The position numbers and the translations under genes were made by a program. From Candidatus Methylomirabilia bacterium (GTDB lineage: Bacteria > Methylomirabilota > Methylomirabilia > Rokubacteriales > CSP1-6): a stretch of DNA of 10,208 nucleotides. The stretch spans positions 1-10,208 of the forward strand of contig JBGPXN010000166.1 of the NCBI GenBank assembly GCA_041492755.1. Reading direction: 5' to 3'. Positions 1-6,741 of the stretch are shown here, piece after piece (within the stretch, counting starts at the first letter, position 1; each line of letters opens with the position of its first letter). Under the pieces are notes generated by a model, which was given only the letters and a program-made list of their open reading frames with translations, ran no database searches and was not told the DNA's origin.

Positions 1-1078
1 AGCCCGTCGATTCCGTCAGGGGCACGCAGGCCTCGGCGGGCGCGGTGAGCAGGACGGGCTCGCCCGGCGTGAAGCGCGCGTTCGTCGATCCGGTCACGCG
101 CAGGCGGAGGCCACCCTCGACGTCGACCTCGTAGTCCATGGCGTCACCGAGGTAGCTCGCGCGCCTGACCGTGCCCCGCCACGCATTGGCCGACGCCGGG
201 GGGGCGGCGGCGGCGGCCGCGATCCCGATCCGGTGCGGTCGCAGCGACAGCGTCACCGGGGTGCCTACGGTCAGATCGGCGGCGGCAATGCGCACGACCG
301 CGCCGGCGCACGTCACCCGGCTCGGCCCGGTGACGGTGCCGTCGAGGAGATTCGTTCGGCCGATGAACTCGGCGACCACCCGGGAGCGCGGTCGCTCGAA
401 CAGCTCGTCGGCGGTTCCCACCTGGACGATGCGGCCCTGGTACAGGACCGTGATCCGGTCGGAGATGACCATGGCCTCGGCCTGATCGTGGGTGACGTAG
501 AGCGTGGTGATGCCGAAGGCATCGTGGAGCCGGCGGATTTCGAACCGCATTTCCTCGCGCAGGTTTGCATCGAGGTTGCTCAGCGGTTCGTCGAGGAGCA
601 GGGTCTCGGGCTCGACGACCAGCGCCCGGGCCACCGCCACGCGCTGCTGCTGACCGCCGGACAGCTCGCCCGGGTAACGATGCTCGAGCCCGGCCAGCTG
701 CACGGTCTTGAGCATGTCGCGCACACGGGCGTCCCGGTCGGCGCGGCCGAGGTCGCGCCGGAAGCGAAGACCGTAGCCGACGTTGCCGGCGACGGTGAGA
801 TGCGGCCAGAGCGCATAGCTCTGGAAGATCATCGCCATGCGTCGCTGCTCGGGGGGGACGACGCTCGCCGGCGACGACAGGCAGCGCTCGCCCACCCAGA
901 TCTCCCCCGCGTCCGGAGCCAGGAAGCCCGCCACCAGCCGGAGGGTCGTCGTCTTGCCACAGCCCGAGGGGCCCAGCAGCGACATCAGCTCGCCCGTCTT
1001 CACCTCCAGCGCGACGTCGTGGACGGCGGCCACGTCGGCGTAGCGTTTGGTGAGGTTGCGGATCGCTACGCCGGGCAT
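1..1078 (-). CDS. ABC importer ATP-binding subunit (FbpC/PotA/AfuC class) with C-terminal TOBE-like region; 3' end runs off the window edge
   Basis: Manually translated from the ATG at 1078 (GGGGGA SD-like just upstream); absent from the ORF track because there is no stop in the window. MPGVAIRNLTKRYADVAAVHDVALEVKTGELMSLL, Walker A GPSGCGKT, Q-loop IFQSYALWPHLTV, signature LSGGQQQR, Walker B LLLDEPLSNLD, H-switch YVTHDQAEA, C-terminal ...SYLGDAMDYEV...ACVPLTESTG. 359 codons are open to the edge. Confidence 0.95.
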   Translation of the reverse strand, partial: MPGVAIRNLTKRYADVAAVHDVALEVKTGELMSLLGPSGCGKTTTLRLVAGFLAPDAGEIWVGERCLSSPASVVPPEQRRMAMIFQSYALWPHLTVAGNVGYGLRFRRDLGRADRDARVRDMLKTVQLAGLEHRYPGELSGGQQQRVAVARALVVEPETLLLDEPLSNLDANLREEMRFEIRRLHDAFGITTLYVTHDQAEAMVISDRITVLYQGRIVQVGTADELFERPRSRVVAEFIGRTNLLDGTVTGPSRVTCAGAVVRIAAADLTVGTPVTLSLRPHRIGIAAAAAAPPASANAWRGTVRRASYLGDAMDYEVDVEGGLRLRVTGSTNARFTPGEPVLLTAPAEACVPLTESTG

Positions 1079-1097
1079 CGGTCCCCCGACACCGTCG

Positions 1098-2807
1098 TCA
1101 CTCCCGGGCGCCCATGAAATCCCGGCCGAGCAGGCGCTGCATGACCACGACGACGGCGAAGGTCATCACGAGCATGAAGAGGCCGAGGACGGCGATGGCG
1201 CCGAACTGGCCTTCCTCCTTGAGGTCGAAGATCACCACCGACATCACCTTGGTGTTCGGCGTGAAGAGGATGATCGAGGCGGACAGCTCGCGGATGACGC
1301 CGATGAAGATGAAGCACCAGCTCGCGATGATGCCGCTGCGGGCCAGCGGCGCCGTGATGTCGCGCAGCACCCGGAGCCGCCCGGCGCCCAGAATGCGGCC
1401 CGCCTCTTCGAGCTCGGGATGGATGCCCTTGAAGGTGGCGTCCGACTGCGAGTAGCCGACCGGCATCTCCTTCGTCACGTAGGCGATGAACAGGATCCAG
1501 AGCGTGCCGTAGAGCAGGAAGGGGGGACGCGTGTAGGCGATGAAGAGTCCCACCGCGAGCACGACGCCCGGAATGACGATCGGCGCCAGGGCCAGGAAGC
1601 TCAAGAACTGGTAGCCGGCGATGATGCGGCGATTCACGATGTAGGCGAGGAGCGCGACGAACCCGGCGCCGATGGTGGCGGTGAGCAGGCCGAGCTCGAG
1701 CGTATTGACGATGGCCGCCTTGGTCGCGCCGTACTCGAAGAACGTGAAGGTGAAGTTGGCCAGGGTGAGGTTGTCCCAGGTGAGCGGCTGGGCCCACGCC
1801 CGCGACAGGGCCGCCTTGGCCAGGATGCCGTAGGGCAGGAACACGGCGCACGCCATCACCAGCAGGCAGCCGGCGAACGCCGGATAGCGCCAGACCCCGA
1901 GGCGGATCGTGCGCCGCTGGCCGCCCTTGCCGCCAATGGCGGCGTAGCCACGCCGGCCGAGCAAACGCGTCTGCACCTGCAGCAGCAGCGCCGTCGCCAG
2001 CAACAGCGGAATCGAGAACGCCGCCGCCATCTCGACCTTCGGCGGGTAGTGGAAGAACGACCAGATCTGCGTGGTCACCGTGTGAAATCCGGCCGGCAAC
2101 GCGAGGATGGCGGGCGAGCCGAACAGGGCCAGGGCCTGCAGGACGGCGAGGATGAACCCGCTCACGATCGCGGGCAGCACGAGCGGCAGCGTGACGGTGA
2201 GGGCCACGCTGAGCGGCCGCGCGCCAAGCATGGCGGCCGCATCCTCCAGGTCGGAGGCGATCAAGGCGAGCGTGTTGGCAAGCATGATGTAGACGTACGG
2301 GAAGGTGTAGACCGTCACCACGAATACGAGCCCGGTCATGCTGAAGATGTTGAACAGCGCGTCCTCGGCGCCGGTGAGGGCGCGCCACGCCTTGTTGAGC
2401 ACGCCGGCGTTGGGCCCGGCCAGCATGACCCAGGCGAACGCGCCGAGGAACGGCGGTGTCACGAACGAGGCCAGCACGAGCCCGCGGATGACGCGCCGGC
2501 CCGGCACGTCGGTGCGCGAGGTCAACCACGCCAGCGGCGCGCCCACCGCGAGCGACGCCAGGCCGACCCAGAACGCCATGACCACGGTGTTCCAGAGCGC
2601 CTTTTGTAGCGCCGGATCGCTGAAGACGGTGGCGTAGTGCCGGAAGCTCGGGCCGGTCTCGCTGCTGACGCTGATCCACCCGAGCCAGCCCAGCGGCAGC
2701 GCCATGAGCACAACGAGGATGACGGCCGCTCCGATCCACACCAAGCGATCGAGACCGGAGCGGAGGACGAAGCGGCCGGCCGGGGTCGCGATCGGGGCGG
2801 CGGCCAT
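1098..2807 (-). CDS. ABC importer permease, fused double-domain type (FbpB/AfuB/ThiP-like), 569 aa
   Basis: About 12 hydrophobic segments and two EAA-like loops (DLEDAAAMLGA and ELEEAGRILGA). Family-typical motifs FVTPPFLGAFAW, TFPYVY and TVTLPLVLPAI. The ATG directly abuts the TAA of the binding-protein gene (TAAATG). Confidence 0.95.
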   Translation of the reverse strand: MAAAPIATPAGRFVLRSGLDRLVWIGAAVILVVLMALPLGWLGWISVSSETGPSFRHYATVFSDPALQKALWNTVVMAFWVGLASLAVGAPLAWLTSRTDVPGRRVIRGLVLASFVTPPFLGAFAWVMLAGPNAGVLNKAWRALTGAEDALFNIFSMTGLVFVVTVYTFPYVYIMLANTLALIASDLEDAAAMLGARPLSVALTVTLPLVLPAIVSGFILAVLQALALFGSPAILALPAGFHTVTTQIWSFFHYPPKVEMAAAFSIPLLLATALLLQVQTRLLGRRGYAAIGGKGGQRRTIRLGVWRYPAFAGCLLVMACAVFLPYGILAKAALSRAWAQPLTWDNLTLANFTFTFFEYGATKAAIVNTLELGLLTATIGAGFVALLAYIVNRRIIAGYQFLSFLALAPIVIPGVVLAVGLFIAYTRPPFLLYGTLWILFIAYVTKEMPVGYSQSDATFKGIHPELEEAGRILGAGRLRVLRDITAPLARSGIIASWCFIFIGVIRELSASIILFTPNTKVMSVVIFDLKEEGQFGAIAVLGLFMLVMTFAVVVVMQRLLGRDFMGARE

Positions 2808-3845
2808 TTAGGCGCCGAAGAACTCCACGAAGCGTTTCTTGATTTCCTCGTCGCGCTTTTCCAGCTCGTCGGGGTCCACGGTCAGCAGCTTGAGCTCGGA
2901 CAGCTTGGGCTTGTCGGCCGGATACTTCACCTCGGGATGGCCCGTGTAGAGCCCCTCGGTGTCAGCGAGGGCCTGCTGGACCTCGCGCGTGAACGTGAAG
3001 TCGGTGAAGACCTTGGCGGCGTTCGGATGCGGCGCGAAGGCCGCGATGGCGGTGGGGGACACGACGAGCGGCACGCCTTCCTTCGGATAGACGACCTCGA
3101 TCGGGTTGCCCTTCTTCTTGAGCTGGTAGTAATAGTAGTCGCCGCCGTTCACCGCCACCAGGCGCTCGCCCGACGACACGACGCCGCCGGGATCGACGGC
3201 GGACTGTACGAGCATCGGCTTGTTCTGGGCGAGCTGCTTGAAGTAGTCCCAGCCGTGCAGGTGGACGAGGGCCAGCACGTGGGTGGCGATGACCCCGCTG
3301 TAGCCCGGGTGCGCGGTGACCAGCTTGCCCCTCCACCTGGGATCGAGCACGTCCTTCCACGTCTTCGGCGCGTCGGCGGCCGACACGCTCTTGGTGTTGT
3401 ACGCGAGGACGTTCACGGTGGCGCGCAGGCCGTAGTAAAAGCCGTCCTTGTCCTTGAAGCCGGGCGGGAACTTGTCGACGCCGGGCGGGGTGTGGGCCAT
3501 CAGGAGCTTCTTGCCCTTGAGGTGCACGAAGTGGCCCGCGTCCGAGGTGTGGATGACGTCCACGTTCTTGATGTTCGCCTGCAGCTCCTGCATCACGCGC
3601 TGCAAGATCCGCTGCGAGCCGGTGCGGTGCACCTCGACCTTGATCCCGGGATGCGCGGTCTCGAAGAGCTTCGCCACCCGCTCGGCGCTGGGGAGCGCGA
3701 GCGAGGTGTACCAGACGACCTTGCCCTCCTTGCGGGCGGCGTCCAGGCGGGCGTCCTGCGCCGCGGCCGCCGTCGCCGCGAGCAGCAGCGCGGGCAGCAC
3801 GAGCGCAAGGACAAGGCGACGGGCGAGGGTGGGCCACTCGTTCAT
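2808..3845 (-). CDS. Periplasmic substrate-binding protein of the ABC importer (FbpA/FutA/AfuA-like), 345 aa
   Basis: Start chosen at ATG 3845 because AAGGAG lies 8 nt upstream; the track start at 3872 overlaps suhB. Signal peptide MNEWPTLARRLVLALVLPALLLAATAAAA|QD. Family motifs AARKEGKVVWYTS, AYNT...APKTWKDVLDPRWRGK, YPKEG and APHPNAAKVF. Confidence 0.93.
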   Translation of the reverse strand: MNEWPTLARRLVLALVLPALLLAATAAAAQDARLDAARKEGKVVWYTSLALPSAERVAKLFETAHPGIKVEVHRTGSQRILQRVMQELQANIKNVDVIHTSDAGHFVHLKGKKLLMAHTPPGVDKFPPGFKDKDGFYYGLRATVNVLAYNTKSVSAADAPKTWKDVLDPRWRGKLVTAHPGYSGVIATHVLALVHLHGWDYFKQLAQNKPMLVQSAVDPGGVVSSGERLVAVNGGDYYYYQLKKKGNPIEVVYPKEGVPLVVSPTAIAAFAPHPNAAKVFTDFTFTREVQQALADTEGLYTGHPEVKYPADKPKLSELKLLTVDPDELEKRDEEIKKRFVEFFGA

Positions 3846-3861
3846 GGGTGTAGCTCCTTCT

Positions 3862-4650
3862 TCATTGAGCACGCACCTCGCGTAGCACGGCGAGGATCGC
3901 GTCGTGGATGCGGCCGTTGCTGGCCACGAGCTGGGGGGCGTCCAGGTCGAGGGGGCCGCCGGTCAGGTTGGTCACGCGTCCGCCGGCCTCCTCCACGAGC
4001 AAGCCGGCCGCCGCGACGTCCCAGGGGCCGAGCCGCAGCTCCCAGAAGCCGTCGAAGCGACCGCTGGCCAGCCACGCGAGATCGATCACGGCCGAGCCGA
4101 AGCGCCGCACGGCGCGGGCCCGCACGCTGAAGGCCGCGTACTCGGTGAGGTTGTTGTCGCGCGTCTCGCGGATGTCGTAGGGGAAGCCGGTCACGAGGAG
4201 GCTCTCGTCGAGCACCGCGGCCGACGACACGGCCAGGGGCGTGTCGTTCACGGTCGCGCCGCCGCCACGCTCGGCCACGTACATTTCGTCGCGGGTCGGG
4301 TCGTAGACGACGCCGAGCCCGACCCGCCGGCCGACTTCGAGGGCGATGGAGACGCCGAACAGCGGCACGCCGTGCGCGTAGTTGGTGGTGCCGTCGAGCG
4401 GATCGACGATCCAGCGCCGGCCCGAGCGGCCGTCGATCGCGCCCGCTTCCTCCGACAGCACCGCGTCGTCGGGGAACGTGGCGCGCAAGGCCTCGAGCAC
4501 GACGGCCTCGGCCCGCGCGTCCATCTCGGTGACGAGGTTGGTGGGCTGGCCCTTGTACTGGATGCGCCGGGACGCAGGCCACTCGGTGAGGAGCAGACGA
4601 CCGGCCGCGCGCGCGGCCTCGACCGCCACGCGGCGTTCGAGCGAAGGCAT
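3862..4650 (-). CDS. suhB: Inositol monophosphatase family protein (SuhB-like), 262 aa
   Basis: Metal-binding motifs are intact: VLSEE, WIVDPLDGTTNYAHG, TGFPY, RRFGSA and WDVAAAGLLVEEAGG. The ATG at 4650 gives a normal family length. The track extension to 4950 overlaps corA antisense and is rejected. Confidence 0.92.
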   Translation of the reverse strand: MPSLERRVAVEAARAAGRLLLTEWPASRRIQYKGQPTNLVTEMDARAEAVVLEALRATFPDDAVLSEEAGAIDGRSGRRWIVDPLDGTTNYAHGVPLFGVSIALEVGRRVGLGVVYDPTRDEMYVAERGGGATVNDTPLAVSSAAVLDESLLVTGFPYDIRETRDNNLTEYAAFSVRARAVRRFGSAVIDLAWLASGRFDGFWELRLGPWDVAAAGLLVEEAGGRVTNLTGGPLDLDAPQLVASNGRIHDAILAVLREVRAQ

Positions 4651-4660
4651 GTTCGCGGAA

Positions 4661-4689
4661 AATCTACCACACGGTGGCTTGACAACCAA
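4661..4689 (-). promoter_or_regulatory. Putative sigma70-type promoter for the suhB/ABC importer cluster
   Basis: The minus strand reads TTGGTT (4689-4684), a 17-nt spacer, then TAGATT (4666-4661) preceded by TGn (extended -10). The -10 ends 10 nt before the suhB ATG. Confidence 0.55.
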
Positions 4690-4707
4690 TCGGGGCTCCG
4701 GGAGCAT
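4679..4707 (+). promoter_or_regulatory. Putative sigma70-type promoter for the corA cluster
   Basis: Perfect TTGACA at 4679-4684, a 17-nt spacer, and a weak -10 GAGCAT (4702-4707). GGAG SD at 4711-4714 and ATG at 4724 follow. Confidence 0.55.
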
Positions 4708-4723
4708 GACGGAGAACGCTTGC

Positions 4724-5815
4724 ATGAGTGCCACGCGCCGTCCCCCCGCCGCCCGCGACGATTCCGTCGGTGGCCGGCGCCGCCGCCCCGCTCGCATCCA
4801 CCCGGGGACGCTGCCCGGCACGTTGCCGCCGTCCGAGGCGCAGAGCCCCGTCGTCATCCGCGTCGTCCACTTCACGGCGGCGACGGTGCGCGAGTCGGAG
4901 CCCACGTCCATCGATGCCGCGCTCGCGGACGTCGCATCCGGCGGGGTCACGTGGATCGACGTCGACGGGCTGGGCGATCACGCGCTGCTGGCGCGGCTGG
5001 GCGAGCACTTCAAGCTGCATCCCCTCGCCGTCGAGGACGTCGTCAACATCCCCCAGCGCCCGAAGGTCGAGCGATACACCGACCACTACTTCACCGTGTT
5101 GCGGATGGTACGCCTGGGCCACGACGAGGAGCAGGTCAGCATGTTCTTCGGCCGCGACTGGGTCGTCACCATTCAGGAGCGAGGGGGGGGCGACGTCTTC
5201 GACCCGGTCCGACAGGCCATCCGGGAAGGGCGGGGGCGCGTACGCGCCGCCGGCGCCGATTTCCTCGCCTACCTCCTCATCGACGCGGTGGTCGACGGCT
5301 ACTTCCCCGTGCTCGAGGTCGTGGGCGACCGGATGGAGGAGCTGGAGACGGAGGCCATCACCCGACCGTCGACCCAAACGCTGCGGGGGATGGAAGACCT
5401 GCGCCGGGACGTGATGCGGCTGCGCCGCGCGGTGTGGCCGCTGCGCGAAGAGGTGGCAATCTTACAACGGGAGGACTCGCCGGTGGTGACCCCGGAGACG
5501 CGCGTCTTCCTGCGCGACACCTACGATCACGCCGTGCAGGCGCTCGACATCGTGGAGACGCTGCGCGAGACGCGGGCGGCGCTGATGGAAGTCTACCTGT
5601 CGGCGCAGAACCAGCGGTTGAACGAGGTCATGAAGGTCCTGACCGTCATCGCGACCCTGTTCATCCCGCTCACGTTCATCGCCAGCATCTACGGGATGAA
5701 TTTCAAGCACATGCCCGAGCTCGAGTGGCGCTACGGCTATTGGTGGGCGCTTGGCTTGATGGCGGCGGGCGCCACCGGCATGATCGTCTACTTCCGGCGC
5801 CGGGGGTGGTGGTGA
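4724..5815 (+). CDS. corA: Magnesium/cobalt transporter CorA, 363 aa
   Basis: N-terminal PGTL, WIDVDGL, LHPLAVEDV, QRPKVE, EQVS, GDVFDPVR, FLAYLLIDAVVDGYF and RDTYDH. Two C-terminal TM helices carry the signature IYGMNF and loop MPEL, ending in a basic tail YFRRRGWW. GGAG lies 9 nt upstream of ATG 4724; an alternative in-frame ATG is at 4706. Confidence 0.96.
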   Translation: MSATRRPPAARDDSVGGRRRRPARIHPGTLPGTLPPSEAQSPVVIRVVHFTAATVRESEPTSIDAALADVASGGVTWIDVDGLGDHALLARLGEHFKLHPLAVEDVVNIPQRPKVERYTDHYFTVLRMVRLGHDEEQVSMFFGRDWVVTIQERGGGDVFDPVRQAIREGRGRVRAAGADFLAYLLIDAVVDGYFPVLEVVGDRMEELETEAITRPSTQTLRGMEDLRRDVMRLRRAVWPLREEVAILQREDSPVVTPETRVFLRDTYDHAVQALDIVETLRETRAALMEVYLSAQNQRLNEVMKVLTVIATLFIPLTFIASIYGMNFKHMPELEWRYGYWWALGLMAAGATGMIVYFRRRGWW

Positions 5816-6741
5816 GTCCCGACGGGCGCATCGTCGTGCTGGGCGTAGGCGGTGTGGGCGGCTACTTCGGCGGCAAGCTCGTCCGCGGCGGCGAGCCGGT
5901 GACCTTCGTCGCGCGCGGCGCCCATCTCCAGGCGCTGCGCACGCACGGGCTTCGCGTCCGCTCGGCGATCGAGGGGGAGTCGGTGGTGACGGTCGACGCC
6001 GTCGAGCGACCGGCGGGGCCCCCGGCGTCCGCGGTGATCGTCTCCGTGAAGTCGTTCGACACCGAAGCGGCGCTCCTGCTGGCCCGCCCGGTCATCGGCC
6101 CCGCCACCGCCGTCGTGTCGCTGCAGAACGGCGTCGACAACCTCGAGACGATCGACCGGGTGCTTGGGCCCGCTCACGCGATCGGCGGTGTCGCCTACGT
6201 GTTCGCGAGCATCGAGGCGCCGGGCGTGATCGCCCACCAGCTCAACGGAACCGTCGCGCTCGGCGAACGGGACGGCACGATGACGCCGCGCCTGGCCCGG
6301 CTGGAAGCCGCTTTCCAGCGCGCGGGGGTGCCGGTCAGCGTCACGACGGAGATCGTCCGCGTGCTGTGGGAGAAGTATCTGCTGATCTGCGCGCAGGCGG
6401 GACTGACGGCGCTCACGCGTTGCCCCATTGGCGTCATCCGGGAAACGCCGGAAACGTGGCGGCTGTATCGCACGGTGGTCGAGGAGCTGGCCGCCGTCGG
6501 CACCGCCGCCGGCGTCCGATTGCCCGCTGACGTCGTGGATCGGATCGTCGGGGCGGCGGCGGGACTGGGCGCGGGCGCGCGCTCCTCGATGTATCACGAC
6601 CTCGTGGCGGGCAAGCGGCTGGAGCTCGAGGGCCTGCACGGCCACGCCGTCCGGCTCGGAGAGAAGCTCGGCGTCCCCACGCCCGTGCTCGCCGCAATCT
6701 ATGCCGGCCTGAAGCCCCACGTCGCGGGCGCGCGGCCGTGA
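5812..6741 (+). CDS. panE: Ketopantoate reductase (PanE/ApbA) family NAD(P)-dependent oxidoreductase, 309 aa
   Basis: The GTG start overlaps the corA stop (GTGA, 5812-5815). Rossmann motif VLGVGGVGG, FVARG, SVKSFD, SLQNG, catalytic Lys in LWEKY, SSMYHD, and catalytic Glu in RLELEG. It is the C-terminal third of track ORF 3904..6741. The family is secure but the substrate is not (see findings). Confidence 0.88.
   Translation: MSPDGRIVVLGVGGVGGYFGGKLVRGGEPVTFVARGAHLQALRTHGLRVRSAIEGESVVTVDAVERPAGPPASAVIVSVKSFDTEAALLLARPVIGPATAVVSLQNGVDNLETIDRVLGPAHAIGGVAYVFASIEAPGVIAHQLNGTVALGERDGTMTPRLARLEAAFQRAGVPVSVTTEIVRVLWEKYLLICAQAGLTALTRCPIGVIRETPETWRLYRTVVEELAAVGTAAGVRLPADVVDRIVGAAAGLGAGARSSMYHDLVAGKRLELEGLHGHAVRLGEKLGVPTPVLAAIYAGLKPHVAGARP

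Noticed and set aside
1066..3837. Same-strand alternative-frame ORFs 1066..2739 and 2962..3837
   Set aside because: They are Arg/Pro/Gly-rich out-of-frame readings of the permease and SBP genes, typical of high-GC DNA, with no motifs.
233..4130. Long plus-strand ORFs 233..1117, 1047..2609 and 2637..4130
   Set aside because: They are antisense mirrors of the importer and suhB genes, with no recognisable motifs. They are expected when the real strand has very high GC3 and avoids TTA/CTA/TCA.
4802..4828. Imperfect 12-bp tandem repeat encoding PGTLPGTLP in the CorA N-terminus
   Set aside because: There are only two copies, and a PGTL-type motif is normal at the N-terminus of this CorA subgroup.
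4382..4950. Track extensions that make corA (from 4382) and suhB (from 4950) overlap head-to-head
   Set aside because: Family-like sequence begins at 4724 and 4650 respectively, and the promoter and SD signals lie between those starts.
3904..5811. Apparent 945-aa protein (3904..6741) suggesting a large N-terminal fusion to PanE
   Set aside because: The first 636 codons overlap antisense suhB, the promoter spacer and an alternative frame of corA, and are Arg/Gly/Pro-rich low-information sequence. The PanE fold starts at GTG 5812.
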